From: Candidatus Jordarchaeales archaeon
GTDB lineage: Archaea > Asgardarchaeota > Jordiarchaeia > Jordiarchaeales > Freyrarchaeaceae
Assembly (NCBI GenBank): GCA_038858525.1
Contig: JAWCFL010000025.1
Coordinates: 1-13,828, forward strand
Length of the DNA stretch: 13,828 nucleotides
Direction: 5' to 3'
The position numbers and the translations under genes were made by a program. Below the pieces are notes generated by a model. It was not told the DNA's origin. It was given only the letters and a program-made list of their open reading frames with translations, and did not search any database. Positions 1 to 7,702 of this stretch are shown one piece after another (position 1 is the first letter of the stretch; the number at the start of each line of letters is the position of its first letter).

Positions 1-102
1 GGTGTTCGGCAGCCTTTCAGCTATCAAGTTCAAGTCTAATCTTTGATTCAGGATGACGGAGGCTACGACGTTTTCAATGTGTATTGATTTTGCCTTCGGC
101 AT
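1..102 (-). CDS. tbp: TATA-box binding protein, 5' part only (34 codons, runs off the window edge; not in the ORF track)
   Basis: Manual translation from ATG at 102 gives MPKAKSIHIENVVASVILNQRLDLNLIAERLPNT, matching the TBP N-terminal repeat signature IENVVAS...LDL. A purine-rich GGGGAGGA lies directly upstream. Confidence 0.9.
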   Translation of the reverse strand, partial: MPKAKSIHIENVVASVILNQRLDLNLIAERLPNT

Positions 103-137
103 TCCTCCCCGCCTCTTCTTATGAGGATTATATATAA

Positions 138-155
138 TATATAAACATTTTTTAT
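138..155 (-). promoter_or_regulatory. Putative BRE/TATA promoter of tbp
   Basis: Minus strand reads TAAAAAATG-TTTATATA (TATA at 145-138), about 35-45 nt upstream of the tbp ATG. Confidence 0.5.
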
Positions 156-449
156 TTTTCTTTTAGGTGGTGCTGATCTTCTCGTTTTGGTTTTGTAGGA
201 GTTTCTGAATCGAGTTGTTTTTATATGTTTTCCTTTTTCATGGACGTTCAGTCCCTCCTTCATGGAATGAAGCGCCAAAATGAAAAATGAAAATGCCCAA
301 TTTGGAGTGTTCACATTATTTCCGAAGATTCAAGCTGATAGAGTGAAAAAAGAACGAAAATCCATGGGTCCCCCGCGACAGTAACTTTTTTTGGATAAAT
401 TTGTCTTCATGGCGCTTTTTGCCTGTGTTTGATACGCTGCTACAACCCC

Positions 450-1652
450 TTATTGAAGCACTTTTTCTATAATTTCTGGGTCTGGTTTTACTTGTATTGG
501 TTTTTCGCATGTTCTTATGGGCGTGTCTGGGTCTTTGAGTCCGTGTCCTGTTGTTATGCAGACTATCCTTTCGTCTTTATCTATGAGTCCTGCATCCAGT
601 ATTTTTGTTAGCCCTGCTATCGATGCTGCTGATGCGGGTTCAACGAATATTCCCTCTGTTCTAGCGAGGAGTTTTTGTGCTTGCAGTATTTGTTCATCTG
701 TTACGGTTTCTGCTGCTCCGTTTGTGTCGTAGATCGCTCTTAGTGCTTTTTCCCAGTTAACTGGTTTTCCTATTCTTATCGCTGTCGCTAGAGTTTCAGG
801 GTTTTCAATAAACGTTACTTCTCTTTTCTTTTTCTTGTACGCATGGGCTATCGGGGCTGCTCCTTCGGCTTGGATGCCGATTAGTCTGGGAGTTTGTTCT
901 ATGAGTCCGAGCTGTTTCCACTCTGTTATCCCTTTATGTATTGCGCTTATGTTTCCGGCGTTTCCGACGGGGAGTATTATCGCGTCGGGTGGCTCTCCTA
1001 GTTGCTCAATAACCTCGTAAGCAATGGTTTTTTGTCCCTCTAAACGGTATGGGTTTAGGCTGTTTAGGATGTAGAGTCCGAGGCGTTTGCTGCTTTGCTC
1101 AACGAGGTTTAGAGCTTGGTCGAAGTTTCCCTCCACGGCGAGGACTATTGCCCCATACATTATTGCTTGGGCGAGTTTTCCTAGGGCGATTTTTCCGGAT
1201 GGAATCATTACGACGCATTTTAGTCCTGCTTTGGCAGCGTAGGCCGCTAGAGATGCCGATGTGTTTCCGGTTGAAGCACAGGCGACTGTTCTGCTGCCGA
1301 GTTCCTTGGCAAGAGATACGCCGACAGTCATTCCTCTATCCTTAAAGCTGCCTGTCGGGTTTTCTCCTTCGTTCTTGATCCAGAGGTTTTTAATTCCAAA
1401 CTTCTCTGCTAGCCTATCACATTTATAGAGGCTGGTTCCACCCTCGTTGAGGGATACCTTCTCCCTTACTTTCGGGAGGAAGTTCTCGTATCTCCAAACC
1501 GAGAACGGCTTCCCTCTCCACGATTCAGGGTTAGGTTCTTCGAAGCGGTACTTCACATCTAGTAGTGCGCCGCATTGGTCGCATGTGTATATTACGGTGT
1601 TCCATGGAAACTTCTTATGGCATCTTATGCATTCAAGCCACATGTTCTCCAC
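450..1652 (-). CDS. thrC: Threonine synthase (PLP-dependent, fold type II)
   Basis: N-terminal CxxC...CxxC; NPTGSFKDRG PLP-lysine motif; CASTGNTSASLAAYAA; PVGNAGN; EPASAAS; TGHGLKD. Start is GTG 1652 or ATG 1643; overlaps the hom stop. Confidence 0.95.
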   Translation of the reverse strand: MENMWLECIRCHKKFPWNTVIYTCDQCGALLDVKYRFEEPNPESWRGKPFSVWRYENFLPKVREKVSLNEGGTSLYKCDRLAEKFGIKNLWIKNEGENPTGSFKDRGMTVGVSLAKELGSRTVACASTGNTSASLAAYAAKAGLKCVVMIPSGKIALGKLAQAIMYGAIVLAVEGNFDQALNLVEQSSKRLGLYILNSLNPYRLEGQKTIAYEVIEQLGEPPDAIILPVGNAGNISAIHKGITEWKQLGLIEQTPRLIGIQAEGAAPIAHAYKKKKREVTFIENPETLATAIRIGKPVNWEKALRAIYDTNGAAETVTDEQILQAQKLLARTEGIFVEPASAASIAGLTKILDAGLIDKDERIVCITTGHGLKDPDTPIRTCEKPIQVKPDPEIIEKVLQ

Positions 1653-2649
1653 TTTTGATTCCTCCTCTCTTTTTTGCTATAGTTATTATGTCTGCTAGTA
1701 TGGCGCTGGCCGTCTCCCTCGGTCCCGCTCCTTTGCCTATGAATGTCAATGGGCCAGATAACTCGGTGTTGAGCGTTATGACGTTAAACGTTCCTCCAAC
1801 CGCTAAGGGTGAATTTTTTGGGACTAATCTTGGAGCTACCTCCATTTTCTCCCCATCAAGATATGCTACGTGCTTTACGAGGTAACCGTCCTCCTCAGCT
1901 AATTCTATCATCTCAGGGGTCACTCTGCTTATCCCCTCTATTTCGACGTCGGAAAGATGCTTATCCATGTTCATTAATCCATTCGCCAGGATTACAAGCT
2001 TGCATGCAGCATCTATTCCTTCGACGTCGTATGTTGGGTCTGCTTCAGCATACCCCATTTCCTGCGCTTCCCTTAGTGCGTCATCAAAAGAAACCTTGTC
2101 CTCGCTCATCCTTGAAAGAATGTAATTTGTTGTTCCGTTAAGTATCCCCTCAACGCATATTATTCTATCATGCCTCAGGAATTCCCTGGCGACTGTAAAT
2201 ATCGGTATGGCTGCTCCAACTGTCGCTTCATAAAGTAAAAAGCACCCCTTTCTTTCAGCCAGCGAGAGGAGACTCTTCATTGAGACAACGAGGGGCCCCT
2301 TGTTGGATGTCACAACGTCCTTTCCTTCTTCAAGCGCTTTTCTTATGAAACTCACACCCGGCTCTCCATTCCTCACGTTGGTGGGGGTCATTTCAACTAC
2401 CACATCGCATGGTAGCTCCTCAATGTGACTTAAAGGGCTTGCCCCCGGAACCCAGCTTTTATGCTGCTCACTTTTTTCGAGAATTTCGCCTAACATAAGC
2501 CCGTTGGAATCAACGAACCCACCATTGCTCTTGAAGATGCCTGTAACGTTAATGCTTAACCCTAATCCTCTAAGCCGATCGATTTTTTCCCACAGAATGC
2601 GGGCTAAGGCTCGCCCAACGTTTCCGAAGCCTATCAGGATAAGGTTCAA
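1633..2649 (-). CDS. hom: Homoserine dehydrogenase
   Basis: GFGNVG Rossmann motif, VVTSNKGP, YEATVGAAIP, GILNGTTNYIL, GYAEADPTYDVEGIDAACK, GAGPRETASA. Start moved from the track's 2730 to TTG 2649, which follows GGAGCTGA at the ACT gene stop. Confidence 0.95.
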   Translation of the reverse strand: MNLILIGFGNVGRALARILWEKIDRLRGLGLSINVTGIFKSNGGFVDSNGLMLGEILEKSEQHKSWVPGASPLSHIEELPCDVVVEMTPTNVRNGEPGVSFIRKALEEGKDVVTSNKGPLVVSMKSLLSLAERKGCFLLYEATVGAAIPIFTVAREFLRHDRIICVEGILNGTTNYILSRMSEDKVSFDDALREAQEMGYAEADPTYDVEGIDAACKLVILANGLMNMDKHLSDVEIEGISRVTPEMIELAEEDGYLVKHVAYLDGEKMEVAPRLVPKNSPLAVGGTFNVITLNTELSGPLTFIGKGAGPRETASAILADIITIAKKRGGIKSGEHVA

Positions 2650-2653
2650 GCTT

Positions 2654-3139
2654 TCAGCTCCAAGCGATGAATAAGTTTTTCTCACCAGCCACCTTCTTGA
2701 GAACCCTAAGAGTGCTTTCCAAAGTTTCACTTGAATCAGCTTCGAGGACGAATTTGACCGTGGAGACGTCCTCTGCGCTCTTTATCCTGGCAACAAGCCT
2801 CCTAACTTTCACTCCCCTCTCCAAAACTCTATCTATGGTATCCTTTATGTTGGTTGCGAAGACATGTCCAACCATGATAACTACCTTTCTATGGAGCTCC
2901 ATGAGCGGCTCTATGCCCGCTACTTGAATACCACTTGCCTCCACAGCATCCCTTATCTTGAAAAGATGATCCAAATCTTTAACGTCGAAAGTTACTGCCA
3001 CCGGAAGCATATTTCCCCTTTTCTCCTCCCTGAGATGGGATATTTCCCTCACATTGCCCCCAAACTCGGCTATGGGCTGCAGAGCCTTCAAGAGTTGCCC
3101 TGGCTCGTCGGCCAAGTTGAACCTCATTTTTACCCTCAA
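2654..3139 (-). CDS. Tandem ACT-domain protein (COG2061-like, putative allosteric subunit of homoserine dehydrogenase)
   Basis: DEPGQLLKAL ACT signature, second repeat GHVFATNIKDTIDRV, position directly upstream of hom, and SD GGAGGAGG before TTG. Confidence 0.8.
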   Translation of the reverse strand: MRVKMRFNLADEPGQLLKALQPIAEFGGNVREISHLREEKRGNMLPVAVTFDVKDLDHLFKIRDAVEASGIQVAGIEPLMELHRKVVIMVGHVFATNIKDTIDRVLERGVKVRRLVARIKSAEDVSTVKFVLEADSSETLESTLRVLKKVAGEKNLFIAWS

Positions 3140-3203
3140 TTTTCCTCCTCCCGCAGCTCAAGGGAATCAACTAGTGGCCTTCCTGGTAAGTTATCAAGAA
3201 AAA

Positions 3204-4607
3204 TCATCCCTTTGAAAGCTTAAATTCATCATGAATAGCCTTCACAGCTTCCCTCAAATCTTTTCTCGAAACCACAAGTGTTATGTTTAGCTCGCTGCTC
3301 CCTTGAGCTATCGCCCTTATGTTTATACTCCTCTTTCCAAGAGCTGAGCACACTCTAGCAGCTATCCCCGGAGTGTTCTTCATTCCCGCACCCACTACGC
3401 TCACTAGTCCGACGTCATCTTCAACGTTTATCTTTATCCAGTGGCTTCCGAAAAAATTAGACCTCCTTATCGCCTCAACTGCCCTGTCCTTATCCGCTGA
3501 ATCTATCACGAGCGTTATGTTGTTCTCGGAAGACGACTGAGATATCATTCTAATGTTAACGTTCTCCTCCCCCATTATGGCGAAAAGCTTGGCGGCTGTT
3601 CCCGGCCTCGAAACCATAGCCTCTCCCTCAACAGTTATCATTGCCACCTTCTCCATTCCCGAGACAGCCTTCACCACGCTCGCCCTTGCCTCCACAATAT
3701 TTGATATGACGGTGCACTCATCTGAGTCCATCCTCCAGAAATTTCTTATCTCGACAGGTACGCTTTTCTTCTCAGCCGGGATCAGGCAAAGGGGGTGAAG
3801 AAGCTTCGCGCCGAAGAAAGCCAGCTCCTTCGCCTCAGCATAGGAAATGTCTCGGATAAGTTTCGCGTCTTCCTCATACTCCGGGTTTGCCGTAAGTAGC
3901 CCGTCGACATCCTTCCAGAGAATAACCTTAACATCGCTTTTCTCATCCTTCAACCCGTAAGCTAGTATAGTTGCGGTAAAGTCGCTTCCCCCCCTTCCAA
4001 GAACCGCGATCTTTCCATCAGCGTTCTTGCAGATGAAACCTGGAACCACAACATGCATCCCCTCTTCAAGTAACGGGATGATTTTCTCCTTAACATTAGC
4101 AGCAGTCTCCTCTAAGAGAGGAAGGCCATTAAGATAACTGTTGAACGTCACTATGACGTCCTCAGCCTCGACAAGCTTTGCTCTAATTCCATTTTCGTTG
4201 AGGAATGATTCAAGTAGTACTCCTGAAAACCTCTCTCCAAACCCCTCTATAAATGCGAGAAGAGAGTCGTTCAATCCTTCAATCCTAACTCTGCCAAGCG
4301 CTTTAGCCAGCTCCTCCCTCATAACTTCTATCTTTTCAATAAATGAGTTTTTCCTCTGCTTCAGCACATCGTTCGCTATTTCAACATGCCGTTTAATGAT
4401 TAATTCTAACTCATCATTAAATTCTTTTTTAGTAGCAAGCTTAGCCATGCTGATGAGCTGATCCGTTACGCCTGAAAGCGCCGACGGAACAAGGACGAGC
4501 TGGCTTTCTCCACCATACTCCCTAATAGCTCTCAAGACTTCTTTAAAGGCACCTGCGTTTTTCAGGCAACTTCCGCCAAACTTCATGACAACCCTACATA
4601 TTCTCAT
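3204..4607 (-). CDS. lysC: Aspartate kinase with two C-terminal ACT domains
   Basis: VMKFGGS, VPSALSGVTD, GERFS, LGRGGSDFTA, KDVDGLLTANP, AKLLHP, ISQSSSENNI and IAQGSSELNI motifs. Confidence 0.95.
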   Translation of the reverse strand: MRICRVVMKFGGSCLKNAGAFKEVLRAIREYGGESQLVLVPSALSGVTDQLISMAKLATKKEFNDELELIIKRHVEIANDVLKQRKNSFIEKIEVMREELAKALGRVRIEGLNDSLLAFIEGFGERFSGVLLESFLNENGIRAKLVEAEDVIVTFNSYLNGLPLLEETAANVKEKIIPLLEEGMHVVVPGFICKNADGKIAVLGRGGSDFTATILAYGLKDEKSDVKVILWKDVDGLLTANPEYEEDAKLIRDISYAEAKELAFFGAKLLHPLCLIPAEKKSVPVEIRNFWRMDSDECTVISNIVEARASVVKAVSGMEKVAMITVEGEAMVSRPGTAAKLFAIMGEENVNIRMISQSSSENNITLVIDSADKDRAVEAIRRSNFFGSHWIKINVEDDVGLVSVVGAGMKNTPGIAARVCSALGKRSINIRAIAQGSSELNITLVVSRKDLREAVKAIHDEFKLSKG

Positions 4608-4781
4608 AATGTCTCCCTCGACTCCTACCAGAGAACAGAGTCACAAAAATATAAGGGTTACGAAGCGCGAGGAACTAAAAGCCTCTCACGCTACCTTGAC
4701 AAAAATCAAAACGAATAAAAACAACAGATAATTAGATTCTAGTGTTGCGTTTCTCTTTTAAAGGCCAAAGGGGGCTCTCCT

Positions 4782-5147
4782 ATCCCGGCTGGCGTTATAA
4801 TAATCGGTTGGAGTAAGAAGCTTGGCGCAATGGCTGAAGCTTCTTTCCCCGAAAACTTAAAACTCCCACCAGATTTTGTAACGCAGGTATTCTCAGCGCA
4901 TTTTGAAGGAGACCTAAGCAACTTCACTCCAATGGTTACACTTCAAGTATCTGGCCGGAAAGTTGTCAGCTACCTCACAGATGACGGCGAGAAGAAAAGG
5001 TGCTTTGCCCTCATACTCCACAAAGAGGAAAAGACAAGCGAATGGATTGAACCCCTCAAAAAGCTGGCATCAGAAGTCATGGAAAAAGATGATTTAAAAG
5101 GAATTTCATCCCTTTACAAAAAATTCATTTTCGAAAAAAGAATTTAA
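4782..5147 (+). CDS. Small longin-fold-like protein of the type common in Asgard archaea; start uncertain
   Basis: The frame is open from 4743. Extending the track ORF upstream gives (I)PAGVIIIGWSKKLGAMAEASFPENLKLPPDFVTQVFSAHF, with a strand/helix pattern b-b-a-b-b-b-a-a typical of longins. The first ATG is at 4830, and no GTG/TTG lies upstream in frame. The fold call is pattern recognition only. Confidence 0.5.
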   Translation: MPAGVIIIGWSKKLGAMAEASFPENLKLPPDFVTQVFSAHFEGDLSNFTPMVTLQVSGRKVVSYLTDDGEKKRCFALILHKEEKTSEWIEPLKKLASEVMEKDDLKGISSLYKKFIFEKRI

Positions 5148-5157
5148 AAAGTAAACC

Positions 5158-5898
5158 TCAGACCATGAAGCCTACCTCGTTATGAAATGTTTCCCCATCG
5201 ACATTCAACGTCCTCTTAACCTTCCCCCGTCTCTTTGACATGAGCCTGAGCTCCCTCGCTGTAAGTCCCTCCCTGTTCTCAGGAGCAACTAATTCTTCCA
5301 CTACAAACTCATTTGTAATAAGCATGTTCTTGAAGCCCTGAGGGACCAAGCTAATGAAGTCTGGTATAGCTTGCTCGAGAAGTCTTCCCAACGCTTCTCT
5401 TTCAACCACGATCTTTCCCACGCAGAACCTTACCCCCTCTTCTTCCCCCCTGACGTTTACTGTCCAATCGAGCTTGGTCCTGCACTTAACATTCCATCCC
5501 CGAGCGGTCTTGATGCTCAGAAGAAATGTGCACTCGTCAGAATACCTTTCGTAAATCCTCCTCAGTTCGCCTGCCCTAAAGGAAAAGTTCACCTTTACCT
5601 TATAAGAGTCACCCTTCACCTCAGGCTTGCCACCGTAATCCTTAAGCAATTCGGCGCACGGCTTTCCTAGAACAACTCCGCTGACAGCGCACTCCTCGTC
5701 CTCACTCATAAGACTTAGAGCAAACCAGCTGATGAGGTCCTCATACCCAAAATCACCCTTCAATGTCATATTTTTCCCCTTAACTGTGACTTCCAGTCGG
5801 GGACCATCGAAGACCCCAACCGAGTACTTCACGAACCTCCTATGAAGTCCCTCATCTGAAACGCCTTTAACTAATCGGGCTAGCCAATGCAAATGCAT
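5158..5898 (-). CDS. Conserved hypothetical archaeal protein
   Basis: Long ORF with protein-like composition (HRRFVKYSVGVFDGP; C-terminal KRRGKVKRTLNVDG). ATG 5898 preceded by GGTG is preferred over the track's 5928. Confidence 0.7.
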   Translation of the reverse strand: MHLHWLARLVKGVSDEGLHRRFVKYSVGVFDGPRLEVTVKGKNMTLKGDFGYEDLISWFALSLMSEDEECAVSGVVLGKPCAELLKDYGGKPEVKGDSYKVKVNFSFRAGELRRIYERYSDECTFLLSIKTARGWNVKCRTKLDWTVNVRGEEEGVRFCVGKIVVEREALGRLLEQAIPDFISLVPQGFKNMLITNEFVVEELVAPENREGLTARELRLMSKRRGKVKRTLNVDGETFHNEVGFMV

Positions 5899-6011
5899 CA
5901 CCAGAAGAAAGAGAAAAAGATCTGACATTAAAACTCTTCTCCTGAAAAAAGAAGAAAGTATTAATAAAGCATTATGAGAGAAGATTAGTTTAAAGATTAA
6001 AGGAGAGTTTC

Positions 6012-6755
6012 ATGATGGCTGCCAGAAAATATCATCTTGCCGTGGGAGTTCTGGTTTTCGTGGCGTTCGCCATAGCCTTCTACAAGTGGTACTTGGGAAC
6101 TTGGACTATAACCGAAGTGAATGGAAACATTTTCTCGACGCCACGCTCCTTCTCATCAAGGGATGTGGTTTGGTTAACTATCTCTTTCTTCCTCTCTCTA
6201 ACTGGGTCAGAGATCGCGGATTTCGACCACGCGATAACGTGGATGAACCACCGTGACTGGTTAACACACTCAGCAATAATACCTTCAATACCCGCTGTCG
6301 TAGTTCTAGCTGCAACTTTCAGTAGCACGTTCATGCAGGAAGCGCGTTTAGCCCTCTCCCTACTACTGGCAATGGTCCCCCTAGTGCTCGCAGCTGCATC
6401 CCACCTTCTAATTGACCTCTTCCCAAGCGTGCCTATCGAGGAGCTCAGCAAAAAAGGAAAGTACGTAGAACTGGCTGTACGTATGGCTGACAGCGCCATT
6501 AGAGGTATGATCTTGACAGAGTTCGGCAAGAGAATGTCTGGAAGCTACCTGATACATTTCTGGTGGAATATTAAAAAAGAAAAGGGAAAAGAAAGGCGCA
6601 CTTTAAGCGAGAAGAAAACAAAAACTTGGCTTGTGATTAACGGCGTTGTACTAATCGGAGTAGCCTTAGCTCTCCTAGCAAGATACCTTATGCTCGAACT
6701 GTCTTTTCCCATTACCCAACTAGTGTCTATCGTACTAGGCTTTATTACTGGCTGA
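6012..6755 (+). CDS. Membrane-bound metal-dependent hydrolase, YdjM-like
   Basis: Several hydrophobic segments plus the motifs ADFDH, HRDWLTHS and SHLLID; SD AGGAG. Confidence 0.65.
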   Translation: MMAARKYHLAVGVLVFVAFAIAFYKWYLGTWTITEVNGNIFSTPRSFSSRDVVWLTISFFLSLTGSEIADFDHAITWMNHRDWLTHSAIIPSIPAVVVLAATFSSTFMQEARLALSLLLAMVPLVLAAASHLLIDLFPSVPIEELSKKGKYVELAVRMADSAIRGMILTEFGKRMSGSYLIHFWWNIKKEKGKERRTLSEKKTKTWLVINGVVLIGVALALLARYLMLELSFPITQLVSIVLGFITG

Positions 6756-7692
6756 TCTTCTCTCCGCAATTGGGACAAAACTTAGCGTTGGATGGTACCG
6801 GTGAGCCACATTGAGGACAGAATCCCCCTCCACCCGCCATTTTTTGTCCACAGTTACTGCAAAACCGTGCGCCTTGAGAGTTCTGAGCCCCGCATTTCGG
6901 ACAAATAACCACGTTTTGAGGAGTCTGAGTTTGCTGGAGAAGGGGAGGCAAAATAGCTATTCCAGCACCAAAAGCCGCTCCTGAAGACTTACCGAGTGAT
7001 TCCGCCGCCCTCTCAACTGCCTCCAGCGTCCTGGCGCGTTCTCCCGTAACTCTTCCTGTCTGAAGCCAGAAAAGCCTCTCCCTGTACTCCGGCGTCGTAT
7101 CCATTCCCTCGAATTTAAGGTCGACGAGGTCCAGCCCAATTCTCCTAAATGCTTCCCTGATCTTAACCTTAACTTTCATGCTTGTCTCATCTAGTTGCGT
7201 GAAGACCTCCTGTAGTCTAAACGACGCTAGGGCATCTATCATATTCTCCAGTATAAATCCTCTCACAAACTGGTTTACCGCGTCCGTCGTGAACGAATGG
7301 GTGTTTCCAACCACTTCCATAACAAAGATCTTCGGCTCCTCAACCTTGAACCAGAATGTGCCATGAAACTTGAGAGGCGCCAGATCAACAGTTTGACCTT
7401 GCCCTCCAAACTTGCCTTGAAACTGTGATGTTGAAACGAACATTATCTCGGCGGCGAAAGCCGACTTGTCCAGCAATTGAAGACGCCTTATAACACCAGT
7501 GAGCAACGGAAGATTAGCTGTTGTTAAATGATGCCTACCTGGGCCAAATACATCATAAGCCTTACCATCTCTGAAAAATACTGCCACCTGATTCTCTCTA
7601 ACTATGAGGTTCGAGCCCCACTCGATCCTGTCATCATGGTACCTCCAAACTATTTCTTCCCGTCCGCCTTTCCACTCTATAACCTTAGGCAT
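6745..7692 (-). CDS. SPFH/Band-7 domain protein with C-terminal zinc ribbons (YdjI/COG4260-like)
   Basis: LIVRENQVAVFFRDGK, FGPGRHHLTTANLPLL and AEIMFVS N-terminus; four CxxC pairs (CPKC/CSNC/CPQC/CPNC) at the C-terminus. Confidence 0.9.
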   Translation of the reverse strand: MPKVIEWKGGREEIVWRYHDDRIEWGSNLIVRENQVAVFFRDGKAYDVFGPGRHHLTTANLPLLTGVIRRLQLLDKSAFAAEIMFVSTSQFQGKFGGQGQTVDLAPLKFHGTFWFKVEEPKIFVMEVVGNTHSFTTDAVNQFVRGFILENMIDALASFRLQEVFTQLDETSMKVKVKIREAFRRIGLDLVDLKFEGMDTTPEYRERLFWLQTGRVTGERARTLEAVERAAESLGKSSGAAFGAGIAILPPLLQQTQTPQNVVICPKCGAQNSQGARFCSNCGQKMAGGGGFCPQCGSPVPSNAKFCPNCGEKISQ

Positions 7693-7702
7693 ACTACCAC
7701 CC

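Noticed and set aside
63-510. Track ORFs 63-314 (-) and 316-510 (-)
   Set aside because: They overlap tbp or thrC in other frames, have no recognisable motifs, and reflect AT-rich spacer composition. The other short ORFs antisense to or nested in called genes were rejected likewise.
4763-4793. BHB-like fold (GGCC/GGCU helix, AAA bulge, GGG/CCC stem) around the longin-like start
   Set aside because: The outer helix is missing, and excising the predicted 24 nt creates no start codon and would delete the apparent N-terminus. It shows that partial BHB folds arise by chance.
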